DNA from: an uncultured Planctomycetota bacterium
GTDB taxonomy: Bacteria; Planctomycetota; Planctomycetia; Isosphaerales; Isosphaeraceae
Direction of reading: 5' to 3'
Assembly (NCBI GenBank): GCA_963845755.1
Contig: CAWJTV010000040.1
Coordinates: forward strand, 1 to 64,000
Length of the DNA stretch: 64,000 bases
Position 1 is the stretch's first letter. Each line of letters opens with the position of its first letter. A model generated the notes under the pieces. That model ran no database searches, was not told the DNA's origin, and saw nothing but the letters and a program-made list of their open reading frames with translations. Position numbers and translations under genes: made by a program. Below are positions 22,586 to 33,478 of this stretch, one piece after another.

Positions 22586-23983
22586 ATGTTTGGGAAACCT
22601 TCGGTGGGTCTCTTCCTGATCGTGACGACGACGGTTTCAGCGACCAGCCATGCTCAGACGATCTACAACGACGGCCAGACGCACACGATCAGTGGCACGA
22701 GCGGGCCGGTTATTGTCGAGGGCGGTTCTACATTGAACGTGATTCCTCCAGCGTTGATTTCCGGCGGCACTCTCACCCGTCCACTCGGCTACACCGCCAC
22801 GATCTTCGGAGATAGCACCTCGACTATCAACCTCTCTGGCGGTCAGGTTATGGGGGCCGTGGTCACCCAACCTCCCGGGGCTGGCAACGTTTCGGGGAGT
22901 GGAATTATTAGTTATGGATTGTTTACCGCGACAGGAGGACTGGTCCAAGGAGCCGAAGGTAATCAGCCGAACGAAAGCGGGGGATGGGGCCTTCTATCCA
23001 ATGGTTCAGTTCAGATCAGCGGCGGGACCTTTTTGGGAGGAAGCGGTTTCACTGGAGGCGGCGCTGCCGTAATCGCAGGGGGGAACGATCAAGTCTTGAT
23101 TTCCGGGGGTACATTTCAGGCGGGGGCCTCGACTTCCGGCTTCGGGTCGTCCCCCGCACTGACGCTGCAGCTCGTGCAGGGCACGACGGAGACAGAGATC
23201 ACGGGCGGCAATTTCCTCGGTGCATCCGGCAATCCTCTCCTCAATTCGTCGTTGTACTACCAAGCCCAATACCAAACTCCGGGCGACAGCTCGGCACTGA
23301 ACATCTCGGGCGGTGTTTTCTCAGGTAATATGCAGATTGCATTATATATAGGCGACACGCTCAGTTTTATCGGCCGGGGGTTCGCGTTCAACGGCGGCAG
23401 CCCCATCGGCACCTTGACCGGCACACTTGCTGATGGGAATACCATAAATACCACCATATCTATGTATAACGAATTCTCCGTGCAAACCCAGACGTTGGCG
23501 GGCAACCTCGAGGAGATCACATTCACGGGCCTGTCAGCGCCACCGCCTGGAGGCACCACACCCGAACCCACCTCGATCGAGATGCTCGCCATCGGACTTC
23601 TGGGCCTGGTCGCTTCTCGAGCCTACCGATCACGCCGACGCCTTGACCGGGGCAAGGATGCCGGCGGGCGCCTTCGAGTGATGGTCGATCCATTTCCGCA
23701 ACCGATCACCACAAGAAGGACGGCCCAGGCGGTCGAACGGGGCCGGTTCCCTTGCGACTTGAGGACGACGATCGGGAGGACTCTGAACTCTTCTGAGCCT
23801 CGGGTTCGTCAACACTCCAGACGAGCGCGGGGCGATCGTGCTGCGCCGAGCCCCGCGCAAGAATTAAGACGCCGCTCCGAACATGATCCCAGGCCCGATG
23901 GCGTTTGGCGTAAACTGATTGGCTGCAAGCCTGGGCATGAATCATCACTCGATCGGTCGGATGCGATACTCAAGACGCGATGA
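22586..23983 (+). CDS. Secreted Gly-rich PEP-CTERM protein; true C-terminus probably near 23645
   Basis: Signal peptide, ISGG repeats, TPEPTSIEMLAIGLLGLVASRAYRSRRR. Confidence 0.85.
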   Translation: MFGKPSVGLFLIVTTTVSATSHAQTIYNDGQTHTISGTSGPVIVEGGSTLNVIPPALISGGTLTRPLGYTATIFGDSTSTINLSGGQVMGAVVTQPPGAGNVSGSGIISYGLFTATGGLVQGAEGNQPNESGGWGLLSNGSVQISGGTFLGGSGFTGGGAAVIAGGNDQVLISGGTFQAGASTSGFGSSPALTLQLVQGTTETEITGGNFLGASGNPLLNSSLYYQAQYQTPGDSSALNISGGVFSGNMQIALYIGDTLSFIGRGFAFNGGSPIGTLTGTLADGNTINTTISMYNEFSVQTQTLAGNLEEITFTGLSAPPPGGTTPEPTSIEMLAIGLLGLVASRAYRSRRRLDRGKDAGGRLRVMVDPFPQPITTRRTAQAVERGRFPCDLRTTIGRTLNSSEPRVRQHSRRARGDRAAPSPAQELRRRSEHDPRPDGVWRKLIGCKPGHESSLDRSDAILKTR

Positions 23984-25457
23984 AGATCACGACCCCATTG
24001 GCGCCCGCGCCGCCTCCGCCACTGTTGTTTCCGGTGAAGCCCGCACCACCACCGCCGCCGCCGCCGCCCGGGAATGCCCCGGTGCCGCCATTGCCGCCGT
24101 TTCCGCCACTGTTGGCGCCGCCACCGCCGCCGCCGCCGGCCCCGACCGCCATTACGGTCGCGCTGCCTGGGTTCGTTGCCGCCGTGCCGTTATTGGGGCT
24201 TCCGCTCGCCACGCCCGCGCCGCCGCTTCCCTGGCCGCCGTTGTTCTGGACCCGCGCCATCGCCCCGCCGCCGCCGCCGTTGCCCGCGACGCCGCCACTG
24301 CTGATCCCGCCTCCGCCACCCCCGGAGCCGGGCGCGAGGTTGCCGGTATTATTCCCGGTGCCTCCGTTGCCCTGCGTCGAGAGAGCCCCCGCAGTGCCCG
24401 CGTAGAAGTTCGACGTGCCGGCGTTCGACGTCGCACCGACGGACGCACCGCCGCCGCCGCCAGTGGCCGCACAGGACGCGGAAAGGAAGGTGTTGACGTT
24501 GGCTACCGTGCTATTGCCCGAGCCCGCCGATCCGCTGTTGCCGGTCGCACTCGTGCCGCCGGTGCCCCCCGCGCCGCCAGTGCCCACGTTCACCGTGAAG
24601 GTGCTTGGGATTGCGGACGCGATGTACGTCGCCTCGGAGTAGCCGCCGGAGGCGCCGCCGTTGCCGCCGAATGTGCTGTTGCCGCCGACGCCGCCCGCAC
24701 CGCCGCCGGCCCCGGCTCCGATGGCGATCATGCGGAGCGTTGTGCAGCCGGCAGGCACGGTGTATGTGGCGTTCACAACGGCGGAGCCGCCCGCCGTGCC
24801 GAAGACCGTGACGCCGGCCCCGGAGGTCTGCCAGTTCGATGTGGTCGAGGAGATGAAGGTCTTGGTCGCGCCAGCCGGGACCAGGATGCCCACGCTGGCC
24901 GTTCCGGCATTGATCGTCTGACTGCCATTGGGGTAGACCGTAATCGTGGCCGACGTCGTGTTGATCACGGTGGCCTTGTGACATGTCGCCGTGATCGCCG
25001 GGAGTACGACGCCACCGCTGCCCGTGATCAGGTGGAAACCCTCGGTGGCGTAATAGCTCGAAGCCGCCAGTGCCGCCGCGCCGCCCTGGGTCGTTCCGGT
25101 GGCCGCGACCGTCTCGATCAGCGGGGTGAGTGCGGTGTTCAGGTCGTTGACCGCCTCGGCCGTGAACCGAATGTCCACCTTGTCGCCGATCGCGTAACTG
25201 TGGTCGGTTTGCCCCGCCAGGATCCCCGAAACCGTGACGACGTTCCCGGCGACGTTGGTCACCTGGTAGATCGTTGAGGTCTCGGGGGGAGACTGGTACG
25301 TCGCTGCCGTGGCGACGGTCATGCGGCATGGCGCCGCCGGAAACGCGCCGCCGCCGGAATTGAGGGTGAACGTGGCGGGGAACGTGGACGCCGTGTAGGG
25401 ACTGGCGAGCGTCAAACCGCCGACATTATCGGCGACGTTGTTCAGCGTGATCGACAT
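23970..25457 (-). CDS. Glycine-rich phage tail-fibre-like protein
   Basis: YTVPAG...IGAGAGGG and GANGVVIF motifs typical of Gly-rich tail domains. Confidence 0.7.
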   Translation of the reverse strand: MSITLNNVADNVGGLTLASPYTASTFPATFTLNSGGGAFPAAPCRMTVATAATYQSPPETSTIYQVTNVAGNVVTVSGILAGQTDHSYAIGDKVDIRFTAEAVNDLNTALTPLIETVAATGTTQGGAAALAASSYYATEGFHLITGSGGVVLPAITATCHKATVINTTSATITVYPNGSQTINAGTASVGILVPAGATKTFISSTTSNWQTSGAGVTVFGTAGGSAVVNATYTVPAGCTTLRMIAIGAGAGGGAGGVGGNSTFGGNGGASGGYSEATYIASAIPSTFTVNVGTGGAGGTGGTSATGNSGSAGSGNSTVANVNTFLSASCAATGGGGGASVGATSNAGTSNFYAGTAGALSTQGNGGTGNNTGNLAPGSGGGGGGISSGGVAGNGGGGGAMARVQNNGGQGSGGAGVASGSPNNGTAATNPGSATVMAVGAGGGGGGGANSGGNGGNGGTGAFPGGGGGGGGAGFTGNNSGGGGAGANGVVIFIAS

Positions 25458-25660
25458 GGTGAAATTCTCTGTTGGGATGGGTTGTCGGTCGGAGTGAGCG
25501 GGAAGTCCGGATTAGAATTCGGTGCCAAGGACATGGGGCACCATCGGAGGGACCAAGACCGTCGCGTGGAGGGCTCGCACGGCGTCGTGCCTGGTGGGCG
25601 TCGGCGTCGAACTCGGCGATGTGGAACCGCTTGCCCTCCAACTACATCGCCTCGTCGCAA

Positions 25661-26431
25661 TCAAGGGCCAGGAACGCGAGTTGCTTCGGGTTGAAGCTCG
25701 GGAAGATCGGGCTCTGCTTGATGTGCCGGGCATTCACCCTTCGCTTCGATAGAACCTGGGCGGTCCGGTCCATCCGGTCCTTGAGCACCGGCACGATCTT
25801 GGACTCCGGTTCCATCGTCGGTCTCGTAGGACTTGTTCTCGTGGGCAGCCAGGACTCTGGGCACGGCGGCGAATTGCTCTGGAGTCGCCGAGAACCGCCT
25901 CTCCGCTTCCGCGGTCGCCTCTGTAGCCGCCCGCTCGTGCAGCGAGTCAGGATCGGCCCCCTTGTGGGTCAACTCGATCTGGAGGGGCATGCCGAGGACC
26001 TGGCGTTCCTTATCGATGAGGGCCAGCAGGTGGTTGATCGTCTGGGTCGCCGTGAAGTCTTCCGGCGAGATCGACTGAAGCCGTTGGAGTACCTTCGCGA
26101 AGGCCGCCCGCAACGAGCCCTGATGCCGCTCGTTGGCCTTTTTGATAGCCTCGTACTGAGCTTTCCGAAGCTGGGCCCGCTGTTGATCGTCGTACGCCCT
26201 GGCCCTTTCCAGCCACCGCCATTTGGCACACGCCGCCCGCCACGAGCCTGGAAGCTTTCTGGTCGGGCGGCGTGATACCGGATCGATGCCGGTTTCCTGC
26301 TGGCTCTCCCGATACTTCCGGTAGGCCTGCTCGAGCGAGCGTTCGGGACCCAGGATGAGGTAATGGTCATGGAACCGGCTGTACCACAGATCGGACTCCG
26401 GGCCTTGCTGCTCCCACGCGGCGCTCTCCAT
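25661..26431 (-). CDS. Terminase small-subunit-like phage protein
   Basis: WEQQGPES...YLILGPERSL...W...WRWLERARAYD pattern. Confidence 0.55.
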   Translation of the reverse strand: MESAAWEQQGPESDLWYSRFHDHYLILGPERSLEQAYRKYRESQQETGIDPVSRRPTRKLPGSWRAACAKWRWLERARAYDDQQRAQLRKAQYEAIKKANERHQGSLRAAFAKVLQRLQSISPEDFTATQTINHLLALIDKERQVLGMPLQIELTHKGADPDSLHERAATEATAEAERRFSATPEQFAAVPRVLAAHENKSYETDDGTGVQDRAGAQGPDGPDRPGSIEAKGECPAHQAEPDLPELQPEATRVPGP

Positions 26432-26452
26432 GGAGATTTCCTCTCGTACAGA

Positions 26453-26716
26453 TCATTCGGATGAGGCCAAGGGAACCGGCTGCTCGGGTCCAAGATGATA
26501 CTTGACCTGATCGGCGGTCATCGGAAATCCCAGGAAGAGCCGATCCAGGGTGATCAGGCGCTCAAGGAGCCGGATGAACTCCATCGGACCGATGCTTTCC
26601 CAGTTGATCCGTTCGACCTGACTGATCGCCTTCTCGGCCGCAGCGGCGAGGGCGGGATGGTATCGCCGTCGTAGCGATTCCAGGGACTCGATGGGGGTTT
26701 CGTTGGTTTCACTCAT
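26453..26716 (-). CDS. Hypothetical phage protein
   Basis: ORF MSETNETP... with GAGG RBS, in the operon. Confidence 0.45.
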   Translation of the reverse strand: MSETNETPIESLESLRRRYHPALAAAAEKAISQVERINWESIGPMEFIRLLERLITLDRLFLGFPMTADQVKYHLGPEQPVPLASSE

Positions 26717-26753
26717 TGCAACGCCTCTGTGTTGGGTGATCCGGGTTCTTCCG

Positions 26754-27588
26754 TCACTTGAATAGCTCCATGCTCTTGGCCACGGCCTCCTGGACGACTT
26801 TCGGGATTCCGGCGCGAATCCCCCGGGCGATGTCTTCGGAAATCGAATCCGTGGTCGCGAGCTGGAGCGGAACGGCGCTACCCTTGATCTGTGGCGGCTC
26901 CGCGCCAATGGCGTTGACCAGACTCGCCAACTCTTGGGGAGTAAGGCGGTCTATCCGGGCGGTCCCCCAGCCCAGGCTCTTGCGGACGACGTCGCGGAGG
27001 GCCTGGGCTCCAATCTCGGCCGCGAGCGAGCCCAGGAGCGATTTGGACGTGACGAGGCCCGCGGCGACGGCCTTGCGCAGCGCCTCGGGGTTCGATCCGA
27101 TGGGGACGCAGGACACCTCGAGCAGGTTCCAGCGTCGGATAACTCGCCGGCACCGTCGCTCGGGATCGGGACGCGCCTTGATGGTCTGATAGTCGGGCGG
27201 CCCGGCTTCCAGGACCTGGAAGCCGATCGAGACCGCATTGAGATAGCCGCCGTCGTAGAGCCGGTACACCTGGGCCGCGAACTCGTGCTCCTCGACCGCG
27301 AACTGGAAATCGGCGTAGACGGCGTGGTCGTCCCGGCCGATCCCGACGCACTTGGCGACCGGAAGTTGGTAGAACTGGTGGGCCCAAAGGACAACCGGAT
27401 TCGCCATGTACTCGACCCATTGGCCGCCCGACGGTATGACCAGGTCGCCATCGCGATCGACAATGTCCGATGTGATGCAGAACCGGAGCGTGTTCGGTGG
27501 GATTGCCGCGGTCTTCTTCACGGTTCCGTGAAAAACCTTCGTCGTAACGTCCCTAGTCGAGGGCGATCTTCGTCTGTTCGACAGACAT
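26754..27588 (-). CDS. HK97-family prohead protease; start uncertain
   Basis: DRDGDLV, NPVVLWAH, AVSIGF, LLEVSCVPIGSNPEAL. Confidence 0.88.
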
Positions 27589-28189
27589 GAATGATTCCGA
27601 TGGATGAGATGTGGAGAGGGCCGGCGGCTTATGGGACCGGCGGAGGGAGGTGAGGGTCCAGGGGCGACCGCCGGAGTCGCAAGCCGCCCCTGGTGGCCCG
27701 GGTCATGGTGCACTTGAGTTCACCACGCCCTTAGCGAGTCCGACGAGCCTGCAACACCGAGGACACTCCCGGCTTGACCTCGCTGGGGCTCAACTCGTTG
27801 ACGGTGGGGCTCCAGGCCACCTCCGGACGAACTCTCTAAGATCCGCCGCGCAGCCCTGGCAGATCGTGTAGCGGTTAATTGAGCCTTTTTCGCGGGGACG
27901 AGCTGGATCCTGGACGATCTCGACGGCGACGCCCGAAGCGACAATTGGACAAGAGCACCGAAAGCAATACCGACCCACGACGCTCATAGGCGAAGCTCCG
28001 CACTGTGGTTATGAGAAGACCCCGACGGCCGTCATCAAATGAGGCCGCCGGGGAGCCGGTGTTATCATCTCGCATCCTGGCGAAGGATCCTCATGCGTAA
28101 TCAAGGACGCCAGGAGCGATCGCTCTGCCTGGCACGACCGGATCACCAACTTGGCAGGGCTACGCCCCCATCGGAGGGATTTACGAGGC

Positions 28190-28804
28190 TCAAGAGGCCG
28201 CCTGAATCGGCAGAAGGTCGACGATTACCTGGTCGGCTACGAGGTCCAGGCTTTGCGCAGCCCGTTCCAAAACTTCGAACTGCCGCTTCACCCACTGTGC
28301 GGGGCCACGCGTGGCGCGGCTCGACGCTTCGACACGCTTGTGTAACTTCATGGCGAAGTCCGCGGGCAGTATAGCCTGTCGCCTTGCAACGAATTGCCCG
28401 TACGCGTCGACCGAAACGACCGCGAGAACGCGTTCCTCCGGGTGGAGTTCGCGGCCGTCCTGGATGGTCGCGACAGGCGACTTGGCGGCGTCCTCGTGCC
28501 ATGAGTAATCCACGTGGACCCACGGCGATCTCTGGCCATCGTCGTGGAGTTGGATTCCCAATCCGAAGGCCAACGCGTTCGAGGCCCAGGTCGTGGGCCC
28601 GAATATCGCCAGGCCCGCCTGTTCTGCTCGATCGAGACGAAGCACGCGATCGGCCGGCAAGACGAGACAGTTCCCGGTCCTTGGCCGGAAATGGAAGCCC
28701 ACTGTGCTCGGCGCTGGGGCCTCAAGATTTGGATATTGGTTCTCAGAACCAGAGCGCCGATCCATGATCGCGATGGCGCTGATGATCTCGGCTGAAAGCG
28801 GCAT
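28190..28804 (-). CDS. Hypothetical phage protein
   Basis: 204 aa ORF with AGGAG RBS. Confidence 0.55.
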   Translation of the reverse strand: MPLSAEIISAIAIMDRRSGSENQYPNLEAPAPSTVGFHFRPRTGNCLVLPADRVLRLDRAEQAGLAIFGPTTWASNALAFGLGIQLHDDGQRSPWVHVDYSWHEDAAKSPVATIQDGRELHPEERVLAVVSVDAYGQFVARRQAILPADFAMKLHKRVEASSRATRGPAQWVKRQFEVLERAAQSLDLVADQVIVDLLPIQAAS

Positions 28805-28849
28805 GGGATGCTCCTGTTGTGATGGCGTTTAGAATTGACGGTAATCTGA

Positions 28850-29161
28850 TCATGTCACAGCGTCCCATCGGGGCGGGTCGAGCGGGCAGCGCTCGGTGGC
28901 CAGTGCGAGCTTCGCGCCGCCACAGCCGCACTTGGTGCATCTCTTCCGCGTGGCATCGTAAAATTCGCAGGACTGGCAGATCGAAAGCCGTGCGGCATGG
29001 ACCTCGTCGGTCACCTTGACCGGCTCGCCGCGGACCCCCGCCTTGACGACCCGGCCGACGGCGCCGGCTAGGTTGCCGGCCTGAGTCGCCAGCGATGGAT
29101 ATTCGGGTGGCTTCCCCGCCGCCTTCCTCGCCCGATGGGCCGCGACATCGCGGGATGCCAC
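28850..29161 (-). CDS. Cys-rich small protein (CxxC...CxxCGC...CP...W)
   Basis: RLSICQSC...RCTKCGC...ERCPLDPPRW. Confidence 0.6.
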   Translation of the reverse strand: MASRDVAAHRARKAAGKPPEYPSLATQAGNLAGAVGRVVKAGVRGEPVKVTDEVHAARLSICQSCEFYDATRKRCTKCGCGGAKLALATERCPLDPPRWDAVT

Positions 29162-29290
29162 GGGGATGGCTTCGCGGTAGGCCGGGTTATAGTGGGGGTG
29201 CGCCGGGTTCGACGAGCTGGCAGAGCCGCCCGGCTTCTACGCCGTGGCAATACTCGTTTGGGGACAGCGGGCAGTTTACACAGTGCTGGG

Positions 29291-30115
29291 TCATGAACTC
29301 ACCGTGAGAGATTGGTAATAGCAGCTACCGCCGTTGACGCCCACCGTTGGCTCATAGACGATCAGCAAGGGGCTGCACTGCGAACTAATGGGATTCCCGA
29401 TATCGACGCCGCCGGTCGAACAATCGATGTTTACCTCGAGTTTCCACGCGGGGGGTGAACCCGAGCAGACGACCGCAGCCCCGGGGTTCGGTGTTATGGA
29501 CATATTTGGCTCGCAGCCGCCGGGCGTGGCACTTGTCGCGCACCCGGTACTGATGATGGCGCACCCATCGCTGGCACCTTTGGTAAGTGTGAGACTCCCG
29601 GACGGGATGACCGTACTGCCGTTGGAGGTGCAAATACTGCACGAGGTGGGTGGCTGAGAAACCCAGGTGAGCGTGCACGAGGCGGGGATCGTGCACGATC
29701 CGCACGTGGAGCCGCCGCCGCCGCCACCGCCCGAGGACCCGAATCGCGAGAGGCTGAAACGGAAATCGCCCTGATACCCCGGATACAACTCGACGATATG
29801 TCCGATCGGAACGTCGGTCGCCCCGTTGATTTCGTAGGCCGGGCCGTCGGTCGTGGTCCCGCCGGTGGACGTGGCGAACCACGAGGAACCGTCGCGGGTC
29901 GCATAGTTCCAGGAATACGGCCCCGTTCCCCCGGTGATCTGGGCGGTGAACGGCGGTGGCGGCCGGAACACGAAATTTCGGCCGCCGGGCTGGTTGACCG
30001 TGCCGAACGCGTCGCTCGACGAGAGCCGCTGGACCGAGCGCAAGGCCGCGAATATGCGGTTCATCTCCCGGGCCGATGGTGGTCGGCGAAGACGTGGAAG
30101 TGCCTGGTCGGGCAT
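29291..30115 (-). CDS. Phage tail-region protein with a Cys-rich C-terminus
   Basis: GPYSW...PAYEING N-domain, poly-Gly linker, many Cys. Confidence 0.6.
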   Translation of the reverse strand: MPDQALPRLRRPPSAREMNRIFAALRSVQRLSSSDAFGTVNQPGGRNFVFRPPPPFTAQITGGTGPYSWNYATRDGSSWFATSTGGTTTDGPAYEINGATDVPIGHIVELYPGYQGDFRFSLSRFGSSGGGGGGGSTCGSCTIPASCTLTWVSQPPTSCSICTSNGSTVIPSGSLTLTKGASDGCAIISTGCATSATPGGCEPNMSITPNPGAAVVCSGSPPAWKLEVNIDCSTGGVDIGNPISSQCSPLLIVYEPTVGVNGGSCYYQSLTVSS

Positions 30116-30122
30116 GGTCGTC

Positions 30123-30587
30123 TCACCTCGGAAGAGAAAACGTTAATCGCCCCGTTTGCGGGTCCCGGACCACGACCGCGAGAAACCCGAATGCGGCCGG
30201 CGTCTCACTGTTCAGCTCAAAGGCAGGATCGTCTTCCTCTGAGCCACATCGCGTACCCTCGATGAAATCCCCGCCTTCAACCGGAAGACGCTCAAGCCAC
30301 GAGAACTTGTCGCCAGTTTGCGAAACGATCTTCGCAAAAAGCCATTCGCATTCGCTTTGCCCCGAAATCATATTTACCTTTGTCGAGAATGATGTGATGG
30401 GAGTCACTCCGTCGCCGAACCCCTGGATGCCCGTCGGCTCCTGGAGCGTGATGGGCGACGACGGCCGAGCCTGGCTGGCGGCGGCGCCAGGCCGACGACT
30501 TGGGCGTATGCCGTCAAGGCAGTCGCGATAAACTCCGAGTCGCCTTGACCGGACATAGTCGCTGCCCTTGTTATCCAATTCGCCCAA
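30123..30587 (-). CDS. Hypothetical protein, related to the N-domain of the neighbouring gene
   Basis: AKI...FSW...PAFELN resembles AQI...YSW...PAYEIN. Confidence 0.45.
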   Translation of the reverse strand: MGELDNKGSDYVRSRRLGVYRDCLDGIRPSRRPGAAASQARPSSPITLQEPTGIQGFGDGVTPITSFSTKVNMISGQSECEWLFAKIVSQTGDKFSWLERLPVEGGDFIEGTRCGSEEDDPAFELNSETPAAFGFLAVVVRDPQTGRLTFSLPR

Positions 30588-30674
30588 CTGGGGCGTCCGT
30601 ACAGGCTCAAGCGCTTGGAGGCCATGAGGGTCCTCGGAGACGGGAAGGCGGATGTGATTTTAAGAGATGTGAAA

Positions 30675-30944
30675 TCAGGCTTGTTCGCGGGAAGTGGGGC
30701 CAGAGGCGACCGCAAGCATGCGATCAAGGCTAGAACGCTTGATCCGTGGCGCACATCCCGGTCGATGGACAGTTTCGAGGTGCCCCAGGTCGGCAAGACG
30801 TCGAATGCAACTCGGGTTCACTCGAAGCGCGATCGACGCATCGCCGACGCTTACCGTTTCCGGCGTGATCGACCGGTCGAGCCTCGTCGCGAGAGGATAT
30901 TGCATGGCGTGAGGCCCTGGCGTGGAGGATCGGGTGAAAGACAT
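30675..30944 (-). CDS. Excisionase-like HTH protein
   Basis: SVGDASIALRVNPSCIRRLADLGHL...RI. Confidence 0.55.
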   Translation of the reverse strand: MSFTRSSTPGPHAMQYPLATRLDRSITPETVSVGDASIALRVNPSCIRRLADLGHLETVHRPGCAPRIKRSSLDRMLAVASGPTSREQA

Positions 30945-31185
30945 GAGAGCGCGGGGCAGAGATGAATGGATGGTGGCGGAGAATCGGCGAAGGGCGAGCG
31001 AAGCGGTGGCGGCTTACCCTCCAAGTGCGTTGTGGATTGCTCGAGCCTCCTTGGGACCGAACAAGCGAAGCCGCCCAATTCGGAACGCCGGCTCGATGTG
31101 ATGGCGTCGAAGTAACTGTTCCACGCGAGGGACCGACACGCCGAAGAACCCGGAAAGCTCCCGGATCGTGACTGGTCGATTCGTA

Positions 31186-31941
31186 TCACTCATCTTTTAA
31201 TTCTCCGAAAATCCAATTTCCGATCATGTATCCCAGGACCTCCCGATTGAAGACGTTCGGCTCCTTGTGGATCGTGGCCGGCGCATCCACTACGCCTGTG
31301 TTCCCGAACCGGGCCTGTAAATCGTTCCACGACTGTCCGCCACCGATCAGCCTCGTGAAAAACGCATCAGCGACAGGCGACTTAAGAGTTTCTCGGCCAC
31401 GGCCGATCTTGCCCCGCGCCATCTTGCGAAGGGCCTCGACGCGGAACCAATCATCCACGCCGCCGCATTCCTCGATCTCTCGCTTGATGTCGCTAGCAGA
31501 ACTCTTCCGGGCCCCGAGAAACTCCCATCCCGCCCACGCGATCGAAGATCCGTCACGAATGGCCTGCATGAAGATGACTCGCTTGTAATACTGTGCGAGC
31601 AACTCCTTGCCATCCTTCGTGAGGTGGTCCTGCTTCGCCGGCGCTCGTCGGTCTTCTACCAGGTGAACTCCGTTGTAGTAGTCGCCCTTGACCAGGCGAT
31701 TCGTACCGGGACGCGGATCTCGTGGAGGCCCGACCGTCGGTTTGCCACGGGCACGTGCCCAGCTCGCTCCCGATGTCTTTTGGCGCTGCTGGCCTGGAAC
31801 GCGGGATTGAGTCTTGGGGGCATGGTTCTTCGTGGTGCGGTCGTCGAGGTGGGATTTGGCGGATGTGGTGGTGACGTTGTTTCGGCTCTGATGTGCTCGG
31901 TCGCGAAATGAAGATCTCCTACATAGGGCCAGGGGTGCCAT
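31186..31941 (-). CDS. Hypothetical protein
   Basis: 251 aa ORF. Confidence 0.5.
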   Translation of the reverse strand: MAPLALCRRSSFRDRAHQSRNNVTTTSAKSHLDDRTTKNHAPKTQSRVPGQQRQKTSGASWARARGKPTVGPPRDPRPGTNRLVKGDYYNGVHLVEDRRAPAKQDHLTKDGKELLAQYYKRVIFMQAIRDGSSIAWAGWEFLGARKSSASDIKREIEECGGVDDWFRVEALRKMARGKIGRGRETLKSPVADAFFTRLIGGGQSWNDLQARFGNTGVVDAPATIHKEPNVFNREVLGYMIGNWIFGELKDE

Positions 31942-32001
31942 CGGCTCCGACGATTTCGACTCCGTGTGCCACTAGGTCCTATGTAGGAACGACTTGGGGA
32001 T

Positions 32002-32325
32002 TCAATCGGCTCCGCTCGCGATCCAGCTTGAAGCCGTCCCCCGAAGCTGGCAGCCATCCCGGGTTCGGCACGCAACGCGGAACTGGGGCCGGCTCCCGCC
32101 GACCACGGCATAACTCAATGGTTCGCGGTCTTGGAACTGCGGCGGCCGTTGCAGAAATTTACCGAGACGAGAAGGTGGCGGCGAGAGCCCACGTTTTTCG
32201 GCGAATTCGTGCAGAGCGATGTTGACGGCGACAGGGACGGGCAGACGAGAGTCTTGTGCAACCCGGCGAACCCAACTGACCCAACACGCGGTCCCGTAAA
32301 CCGACAAGAATTGGCTTTTCGACAT
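32002..32325 (-). CDS. RHH-like small regulator resembling 15086-15310; 3' end uncertain
   Basis: GGGAGG RBS; MSKSQFLSVYG...LHEFAEKRGLSPPP. Confidence 0.45.
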   Translation of the reverse strand: MSKSQFLSVYGTACWVSWVRRVAQDSRLPVPVAVNIALHEFAEKRGLSPPPSRLGKFLQRPPQFQDREPLSYAVVGGSRPQFRVACRTRDGCQLRGTASSWIASGAD

Positions 32326-32399
32326 GGCCTCCCTCGGAGGAGGGTGCGGAGGAAACTGGGATAGGAATTGCAAGCGGACAGACTTTCGAGTTTTCGTCT

Positions 32400-32428
32400 A
32401 GTATACGGACGAACATGGGCGGTGTCAA
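32400..32428 (-). promoter_or_regulatory. Near-consensus sigma70 promoter for the leftward phage operon
   Basis: TTGACA-17 bp-TATACT on the minus strand. Confidence 0.75.
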
Positions 32429-32779
32429 GAAAAAACCCGGTTTTTTGAAGAAATATTTCAACGATACCCAACCGAAGCTCTGGAAAGGATTTGAGGCGGG
32501 CGTTATCCTGCTCAAGGGGTCCGGAAAGGATGCGAACAGATCGAGCGTACCTCCGCCTACACCAGGGGCCGTCGTAGGTTATGAAGTGGACTAAGGGTTA
32601 GCACTACGGGATTCCGTTTTCAGAAGGGCATCCGACTGGGCTGGGAAACAAGACTCATCCTGAGCCGCTGCGTAGTGGGCATGTCCTTCGTGGTCCAGGG
32701 CGCTCGCATCGGATTCGGGAGTCGGGGAATCGCCAACCAGTTCAGCATCCCGGGAACCTGGATCTCATGGAGATCGACG

Positions 32780-33478
32780 ATGCGTACAAGATTTGTCATG
32801 ATTGCCATGCTCATCGTAGTCGTGGCTTGCCAATCAGCGTGGCCTCAACAGAAGAAGCCGAAGTCGCCCCCAAAGGCGACGGGCAAACGCGCCGCTTCAC
32901 AGGCTGGAGGCCCACGCGCCGCTCTTCCTGATGCGGCTCAAGACCGAGAACGAGCGATCTTCAAGGAATGGGCCAAGGCGATCCGCGAGTCTGTCGATGC
33001 TTCCAAGAAGATCAACAAGAAGCAGGCCCAGCGAGATGCTTGGGCGGTAAAGACTGCAAAGGCGAAAGAGGACAAAATCAGAACCAGGTATCGGCTCAGC
33101 TCTTATCAACTCTTCCTGATCATCAAGCGGGGCGTAGCAGAGAAGTGGCCAACCGACAAGCCAGAGGACCTGGCCATCGTCGAGCCGATCGTGGCCCATC
33201 GTCAAGCCGTTTTGGATTCGACCATCTTCGAGGAAGAATTGAACGCATGGGTTGCGGCCCATACTCCGTCCACGGCCGGGAGGATGACTGGGCTCGTTGA
33301 GTTTAGCAACGATCTTCTGAGCAGCGGAGCCAGGGCTGCTGAACTCCGTAAGAATGCTCCCGTGAACCTGTGCGGCTTCAAGTTGCCTGACGAGACCGTG
33401 TGTCCACGCAAAGTAGTCGGACCCGCAGGCCGCCGATGTTACGAGCATCGGGACCCGGAGAAGGACGCGACGAAATAG
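32780..33478 (+). CDS. Secreted basic hypothetical protein
   Basis: GGAG RBS, signal peptide, C-terminal C...C...CxxH. Confidence 0.55.
   Translation: MRTRFVMIAMLIVVVACQSAWPQQKKPKSPPKATGKRAASQAGGPRAALPDAAQDRERAIFKEWAKAIRESVDASKKINKKQAQRDAWAVKTAKAKEDKIRTRYRLSSYQLFLIIKRGVAEKWPTDKPEDLAIVEPIVAHRQAVLDSTIFEEELNAWVAAHTPSTAGRMTGLVEFSNDLLSSGARAAELRKNAPVNLCGFKLPDETVCPRKVVGPAGRRCYEHRDPEKDATK

Noticed and set aside
23919..25277. Long + strand ORFs opposite the Gly-rich gene (also 37309-38340, 50045-51433, 50859-52154)
   Set aside because: Antisense shadow ORFs of GC-rich coding sequence with no recognisable motifs.
32597..32604. TTAGCACT CIRCE-like half site
   Set aside because: The second half is absent and there is no adjacent chaperone gene.
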